DNA of 64,000 nucleotides from a virus: IMG/VR virus record IMGVR_UViG_3300028653_000010; one strand, 5' to 3'. Shown piece by piece: positions 58,295 to 64,000 of this stretch (position 1 is its first letter; each line of letters starts with the position of its first letter). The notes under the pieces were generated by a model. It saw only the letters and a program-made list of their open reading frames with translations, ran no database searches and was not told where the DNA came from. The position numbers and the translations under genes were made by a program.

Positions 58295-61200
58295 TATTGC
58301 ACCGCCAATAATTTGAGCATTGCGTTTAGAGCGTCCTGCTGAGCCTTGATTCGATTGGCAACCGCCCGTTGCTGCTGAACAAGCAACCCTGTTTGGAAGT
58401 TGATTCTCTCATCAATCCAGACGTACCTTGAGTCATAGAGCTTGTCGGTGCTCAAAAGGACTGACTGGATGAACGAGATAGCATTCACAACTTGGGTCTG
58501 ACGAGCGGTGTCCAAGGTAACTCGACTAGCAATAGTTGTAGGATCAAGCCCATATGCAATTGCATTGGTATCAGGTACAACCGATATGCTAGTTGTGAGT
58601 TGAGAGTACCAGGGCCCAAAGCTATTACTAAAGGCAATGCATTGCTGTAGTATCAAGTACAGAGCCTGAAGGGTTGCCTCAGAGGCTCCGAATACGCTCA
58701 CCACCCTGAAAGTGGTAGCTCCCGGAGGTGGTGCGCTATCGACGATGATGTTGTGAGAGTCAACTAGCTGAGTGATCTTGAAGAACCCAGGACTGACCAC
58801 ATAATCACCAACTTGCACGCCAGATGCTATGAAGTCCACCGAGTTGTCGGTGATAGTACTTCCAGCTACTGTGCCGCTAGTCAGGGCCGGGCTGAGCCTA
58901 TCGGTAGACACGCTTGTGAAATAGTCTTGGATCCTAGTTATCTCGAAACCAACAACACCCCAGAGACTACTCACAGCGTTGATTACCACTGATAGGTCAC
59001 TGAAGGTGTTCAAAGGGTTACAAATGCGATACCCCGATGAGGATAAGCCTGGTGAGAATGAAATATCCAAGGTGAGCTGAGTCTCAGAGTCAACCGATAC
59101 CACCTGGCGCCTCTGGTAAGAAGGACCAAGTTGGGAAGCAACTACTGTGTACCCTGGCTTAACCCCAGAAGAAATGAAGGTGGCTGTCCCATCCGTGAGT
59201 GTGGTACCAGCTGTAGACGCCGACGAGATAGACCCAATGTTGCTTGAGACTGTGATCTCAAAACTGAAACCAGAATCGTCAATCGGGAAAGGAGTCTCAA
59301 CTATTACATAGTTGGGGGTAGCAAATTTAATCACATGGTAGCTGGGGTCAACTACAGGTACGCTACCTGTCAAGATTCGAACTAGATCTCCTGGTTGTGG
59401 TATAGGACTCGGGAAGTTCCCGGTATCCAAGACAACAAATAGGTTTGAGAATAGTGAGCCCACCCCTATAAAAGGCTCTTCAATGTTGGGTGGAGTTAGG
59501 ATACCGCCGGACTGAACATAACCCAACTCAGTGGCTAGTAGGTTAGCGCCTACAGGGTTGCTCTCACAAATAGGGGATGGGTTGATCAGCGGGTAGAGTT
59601 GATCCCCACTATCCGTGAGAGTCTGCCCATACAAGGCTGGGATCTTCTTGGGCGAGGTCAAGGTGTTGCCATAGAAAACAGTCCCTTGGAGGATGTCTCC
59701 ACCGACAGGAGCTTGACCTATTACTGGAATAGGCTGAACGTAGAGCAAGTACCCATTTGTTGTATCAAGAGTGACATCAATCCCAACTCGATAGCTCTTT
59801 GGTGGGTAGGCAGTATCCTGGACGCTGAGGTAAACAGTGGCTCCCGCAGGGACATCAACAGGAAGCGCTGACACCCCAAGGGACGTCGGAGAGACCGAGG
59901 TTATAGTGACTGGTGCTGCATCAGTCACATAGGAGGCATAATAGTTAGCGATATTCACCAACAAGCCAGTGGTGAATGCGGGGCGAGTTGGTGGGCTCGA
60001 GACTTCTGCAGTGGTATCCACATGGAGAGTTGTGTCGCCCGCCTTGGCATCTCTTGTGATCAGAGCTCGCTGGAATCTCCTGAAGAATGTTGGACTAGAC
60101 CCGGTAATGGGCTTAGTTCCAAGATTCATGATGGGGTCTCCCGTGTTAACTCCCTGTAGGATTATCTGGGCAACCGAAGATGCTGTTGGGTAGAATCTAC
60201 TTTGAGTCCCTGACTGATATGCTCGAATAACGTCACCAAAAGCCAAGCTTATGATGTCATCGATCTGATTGTTAGCTGCACTGATACTAGGGGCTGAATT
60301 CCCAGTGGAGCCATCGAACTTGAAGAGGCCGTCATAGTCCCCTACAACTCGACCATCCATCTGTTTAAGAACATCTTCGAGGCAGTTAATGGTGTCATTG
60401 TAGAACTTCAGAGTTGACCGAGCTACGACGTCTTCATTGGCGAACTCGCCCTCGTCAAAGAAAAGAGACTTGTTTCCCTGCTCGAACAACTGTGGTTGTG
60501 AGGTATTGGACACACGCGGTCCACTTGAAGGGGCTGAAGCTTGAGCCTGAGTTTGAAAGTTAACAGCCATCTGACCACGGAAGTTACCCATAGTCTCAAC
60601 CCGCACGTAGAATGAATCTGGTATGTAGGTGGAGGCTGAGTAGGTAAGAATTTGATTCAGAAGCCCATTTTCCTTAGTCGGGACTATCGTGTGCGTGTAG
60701 GAAGAACTGAGTGTGCCGGGTTGAACTATCCTGTGCTTCGTGTAGAATAGTGAAACCTCTTCACTTGGTTGAAGAGCCACAGTGAGGGTAATCTTGCCGG
60801 TGTCGTCAATCTTGAAGTCACCTGGGGAAGCTAAAATCTGGCCAATCTGACCGGATACCTTGCGGTACAAGAGGATGGTATCCAGTAAAGTGACCGGCGG
60901 GGTCGCCACGGGTACAACGGGGGTACCACTCGTCTGAAGATTGACTGTTGTTGACTCGTAGATAGGCCTTACTGAGCGATACAATGTCGCGCTGGAGTAG
61001 AGATACTGCCTGAGGGTTGGCGCAGTCAGAGTGACAGTAGTGGCGTTCGTAGTGGCATTGTAGCTAGACCCCGAGACCAAATAGAAGTCGTTGTATCCAC
61101 CAACGGCAAAATACAGAGATATCCCAGACACATAAACCCCAGAGAGATCAGAACCCGGAATGGTGATCTGATTCATTCCGCGCGAGATGCTGCTGAATAC

Positions 61201-63657
61201 TGAGGAATCCAGCATGAAGTAGAGTGGTAGCGTCGGAGGGATGTTGACCGGACCCGATGAGATGTAGATGTTCGGGTTGGTTGCTGAATCACTGAAAACC
61301 TGTGGACTCAGTAGGTTGATGGTCGTCGTGTCGGTAGGCGCATCATAACTGGGGGCTGCGAGATAGTAGGCAGCCTCGGTCTCAATGCGAATCAAGTAGT
61401 TGGCTGGGAACTCAGCTGTTCGATTCCCTCTAACTGTGAAGGACGAAGTTCCTTGGTTGACTTGAACTGGAGTGAGGATCAAATCTGGTCGAAGGATGAC
61501 TACCGTGTTCTCACCCCCGAGCGCCTCGTAGGTGTAGTAGTCTATGTATACGTTTTCACTAGGACTTACGACAGGGCCGTGAGGGAGAGCGTCTGTTATC
61601 TTGCTGAATCCTGCCGGGGTTGGGAGAACATCCGGCAGGAATGTGATTGTAGAGCTAGCAGCATCTACCTTGACCTGAGTCTGATCCTGAGGGCGGCCCC
61701 CACGATACACAGTAGGTGAAGGATTTGAAGCCACGGTCAGCCCTGTCGGATTGAAGGGGATAACCGAGGTGGTTGTATTGTGGACCGTGAGTTCCTTCCT
61801 GTGAAGGAAGGTCCCGCGCTCACTTGTGAGAATTGGGTTCAGGACTGTTGGGTCTGGGTTGTCCTGGCTCGAAGGGTAGATCAAGTTGATTTGATCCCCA
61901 TTGAGCAAACGGAACTTAGTCTGAAATGTACCAAGATCCTTACTAACGATGTAATCTTGACCCTGCACCAGCGACGTAGTCACACTGTTTTGAACCAGAT
62001 TGACTACAACATGAGGGTCAATAAACTGGACCAGTTGGAAGTAGCGATCAGCTAGTACCTCTACGCCGCGCCGGATCTGATAGGCTACCCTAATTGGGCT
62101 ACCTGTGATCGGAGCATCAACCGTGATGTTAGTTGTATTGGTTATGCCAGTGACCGTGTAAACTCCCTTGTTTGACCCTGTTGCAATAACTAGGAAGTCA
62201 CCAACTACTACAGAGCTGAAGTCACCAGAATCATCAGAGAATACCAATGGGCTGAGTGAGTACCCACTAGATCCGCTAGTTATCACGGTACCATACTGAG
62301 AGATGAATGAGACAACCCCAGCATTGGAATCAAGGAAGATGTCCTTGCCAATAACCTGGGGGTTTCCATTCAGTAGAAATGAAGCATTGGACGAATCTAT
62401 GAAAGGATCTAGGGCTATCGCTCCGGTTTGAGCTAAAATGTTGGTAACCTGAGAGTTGACCCGAGAGGCGAAAAGTAGTTGCTTCTGATCAAAGTCTAGG
62501 GTATATCCAATTCCAGAGGGTGGGGAGGCGACGTCCAAGCGCGGTAGTGGACCAATGAAGGTTCCAGTTCCTTGTTGAACTCGGAAGGTCATTGGGTGTC
62601 CGATATCATCCACCGGGAGTACCGGAAGAAATACCATCGGGGCGCCAATGACGGGGCTAGCCAAGACAGCATTTGTGATCGGATAGACGGAGGTGACGTC
62701 ATTGACTACCGGATTCGATCCATCCCCGTTGACTGGGGAACGAAAGAAACGAATGGTCACCCCATTTTCAATGAGGAAGTCTCCTGTCCCAGATCCCGAG
62801 TCCCAAGTGGTGAGCCCTCTGGGAGTCTCAGAAAGGATCCCATCATAGTAGACTGGGAACCCGTTGAATGTGGTTTGGTCTGTGGAACTGAACCGGACTA
62901 GGCCCGTAGTCAGTGCCCACTCGAAACTGCCTGATGGTGGATCAGTGAGGTGAGCCTCGTCTGGTTGAGCAATGGGTGTGAGGTAACCGCCGAACCCAAA
63001 CTTGACGAGAGGGTACTGTCCAGCTTCAGGGATGGGGTTCAGGATAACTGTATCAGTACCGAGAACCCCAATCCGTCCATTGGACTCCTTCAAGGGGAAC
63101 GGAGCTTGCTGCTGGAATAGTACAGTTTGCCCACTGTAAGTTGTGAGATCTCCTGTATTCCAGTTCAAGTTCCCAGTAGAGAGGCTGATCTCGACAACCC
63201 CACTCGCCGGAGAACCAAAGGAGGCGTCGGTGAGAACTGGTGAAGTGGTGAAGGTGATCCCACTACCAATGAAGCCAAGGGCGATGCGATACGGGGCGGA
63301 TCCAGCCGGTGGGGTTACCTTCAACCGAGTCGTATTTGAGTTAACCTCTAGAACCCCAACTACTGTTCGCGGGCCGCCTGGGAGTGATTTGAAGTTCCCT
63401 ACTGTACCGTCGTAATCGAACCTCTGGTTGCTAGTCTCGTTCTTGGTCCACCCAAACAACACTGCGGGTAGGTTCCCACCTTGCAGGACGACTACCAAGT
63501 ACTCAGTTCTACCAGGGTGGACCTCGTCATTCGATGGGAATGCGCTGTTGAATACACCAGAATCAGAGATCAGATCGTCGGGGCTTGATGTGTATGGGCT
63601 ATTAGCAGAACCTACACGAGGTTTCTCCAATAAGTACCCGTTAAGTTGGAAGGACAT
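58294..63657 (-). CDS. large virion structural (baseplate/tail) protein
   Basis: 1787 aa, beta-rich, with repeated D...F...GV..GD modules shared with other tail proteins in the window. Confidence 0.75.
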   Translation of the reverse strand: MSFQLNGYLLEKPRVGSANSPYTSSPDDLISDSGVFNSAFPSNDEVHPGRTEYLVVVLQGGNLPAVLFGWTKNETSNQRFDYDGTVGNFKSLPGGPRTVVGVLEVNSNTTRLKVTPPAGSAPYRIALGFIGSGITFTTSPVLTDASFGSPASGVVEISLSTGNLNWNTGDLTTYSGQTVLFQQQAPFPLKESNGRIGVLGTDTVILNPIPEAGQYPLVKFGFGGYLTPIAQPDEAHLTDPPSGSFEWALTTGLVRFSSTDQTTFNGFPVYYDGILSETPRGLTTWDSGSGTGDFLIENGVTIRFFRSPVNGDGSNPVVNDVTSVYPITNAVLASPVIGAPMVFLPVLPVDDIGHPMTFRVQQGTGTFIGPLPRLDVASPPSGIGYTLDFDQKQLLFASRVNSQVTNILAQTGAIALDPFIDSSNASFLLNGNPQVIGKDIFLDSNAGVVSFISQYGTVITSGSSGYSLSPLVFSDDSGDFSSVVVGDFLVIATGSNKGVYTVTGITNTTNITVDAPITGSPIRVAYQIRRGVEVLADRYFQLVQFIDPHVVVNLVQNSVTTSLVQGQDYIVSKDLGTFQTKFRLLNGDQINLIYPSSQDNPDPTVLNPILTSERGTFLHRKELTVHNTTTSVIPFNPTGLTVASNPSPTVYRGGRPQDQTQVKVDAASSTITFLPDVLPTPAGFSKITDALPHGPVVSPSENVYIDYYTYEALGGENTVVILRPDLILTPVQVNQGTSSFTVRGNRTAEFPANYLIRIETEAAYYLAAPSYDAPTDTTTINLLSPQVFSDSATNPNIYISSGPVNIPPTLPLYFMLDSSVFSSISRGMNQITIPGSDLSGVYVSGISLYFAVGGYNDFYLVSGSSYNATTNATTVTLTAPTLRQYLYSSATLYRSVRPIYESTTVNLQTSGTPVVPVATPPVTLLDTILLYRKVSGQIGQILASPGDFKIDDTGKITLTVALQPSEEVSLFYTKHRIVQPGTLSSSYTHTIVPTKENGLLNQILTYSASTYIPDSFYVRVETMGNFRGQMAVNFQTQAQASAPSSGPRVSNTSQPQLFEQGNKSLFFDEGEFANEDVVARSTLKFYNDTINCLEDVLKQMDGRVVGDYDGLFKFDGSTGNSAPSISAANNQIDDIISLAFGDVIRAYQSGTQSRFYPTASSVAQIILQGVNTGDPIMNLGTKPITGSSPTFFRRFQRALITRDAKAGDTTLHVDTTAEVSSPPTRPAFTTGLLVNIANYYASYVTDAAPVTITSVSPTSLGVSALPVDVPAGATVYLSVQDTAYPPKSYRVGIDVTLDTTNGYLLYVQPIPVIGQAPVGGDILQGTVFYGNTLTSPKKIPALYGQTLTDSGDQLYPLINPSPICESNPVGANLLATELGYVQSGGILTPPNIEEPFIGVGSLFSNLFVVLDTGNFPSPIPQPGDLVRILTGSVPVVDPSYHVIKFATPNYVIVETPFPIDDSGFSFEITVSSNIGSISSASTAGTTLTDGTATFISSGVKPGYTVVASQLGPSYQRRQVVSVDSETQLTLDISFSPGLSSSGYRICNPLNTFSDLSVVINAVSSLWGVVGFEITRIQDYFTSVSTDRLSPALTSGTVAGSTITDNSVDFIASGVQVGDYVVSPGFFKITQLVDSHNIIVDSAPPPGATTFRVVSVFGASEATLQALYLILQQCIAFSNSFGPWYSQLTTSISVVPDTNAIAYGLDPTTIASRVTLDTARQTQVVNAISFIQSVLLSTDKLYDSRYVWIDERINFQTGLLVQQQRAVANRIKAQQDALNAMLKLLAVQ

Positions 63658-63740
63658 TATGCTGCCCTCTCACAAGACTTACGACTCTCGGTACGCACTC
63701 GGTGGCAGACTTTCTCTGACATCTGATCCTCATCTACAAT

Positions 63741-64000
63741 CTAGATTATTGAGCCTTGGCCAGTTCCTGATGAAGGGGATGGGCCGCCAGCTCCTACAAT
63801 AGCAACTGGCAAAACAAGAGTCTGAATGGCAAGGCTAAGAGCGAGTGAGATCGCGTTTGCCTTCTTGGAAGCCCCTTGACCCGTGATCCCTGCACTCGAA
63901 AACCCCTGCATAAGAGATGAAAAAGCAGGCGGCCCTGTAATCCTAGCTATTGCAGCGCCCGCTCCCACTGAAGGGTGGGTCGTGCTGATCACTCCCTGAG
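63741..64000 (-). CDS. 3' end of a Gly/Ala-rich virion protein (possibly spike-associated)
   Basis: Open to the window edge; ends VAIVGAGGPSPSSGTGQGSII. Confidence 0.55.
   Translation of the reverse strand, partial: QGVISTTHPSVGAGAAIARITGPPAFSSLMQGFSSAGITGQGASKKANAISLALSLAIQTLVLPVAIVGAGGPSPSSGTGQGSII

Noticed and set aside
63657-63722. 21-aa minus-strand ORF MSEKVCHRVRTESRKSCERAA with SD-like sequence and TAATG coupling
   Set aside because: Too short to support; may be a remnant
1-64000. Genome-wide stop-codon reassignment, tRNAs or a diversity-generating retroelement
   Set aside because: Long genes are intact in code 11 and all three stops are used; no cloverleaf, reverse transcriptase or TR/VR pair was recognised by eye (tRNAscan/Infernal not run)

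Overview
64 kb of a large tailed dsDNA phage, probably a contractile-tailed (myovirus-like) jumbo phage. Genes are densely packed, almost all on the minus strand, and use the standard genetic code. 1-24 kb: accessory and nucleotide-metabolism genes (HNH, Dam, DHH phosphoesterase, YkgJ, DUF1848-like, MazG-like, RNase HII, ClpX, carbon-nitrogen hydrolase, ThyX, HAD nucleotidase, a frameshifted RecA-like ATPase, and a Ycf46-type AAA/DUF1257/DUF2997-like triad). 24-33 kb: replication module (family-A polymerase, zinc-finger-only primase, DnaB-type helicase, degenerate loader, SNF2 helicase). 33-38.6 kb: GIY-YIG homing endonuclease, putative lysis/membrane genes and a Myxococcota-style RCC1 lipoprotein. 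38.6-64 kb: baseplate/tail genes. Three recurring short signals stand out: (i) a (T/C)CGGTGTA-type DNA motif, usually 8-13 nt before non-structural start codons; (ii) an '(R/K)VAxR(F/Y)' peptide motif in about seven unrelated proteins, a candidate capsid-targeting/processing signal; (iii) a C-terminal '(P)TRY(E/S)RI' motif in four unrelated proteins, in a genome whose ClpX has remodelled substrate-recognition loops. No tRNA, rRNA or CRISPR array was recognised. All family assignments come from motif recognition by eye; no database searches were run.
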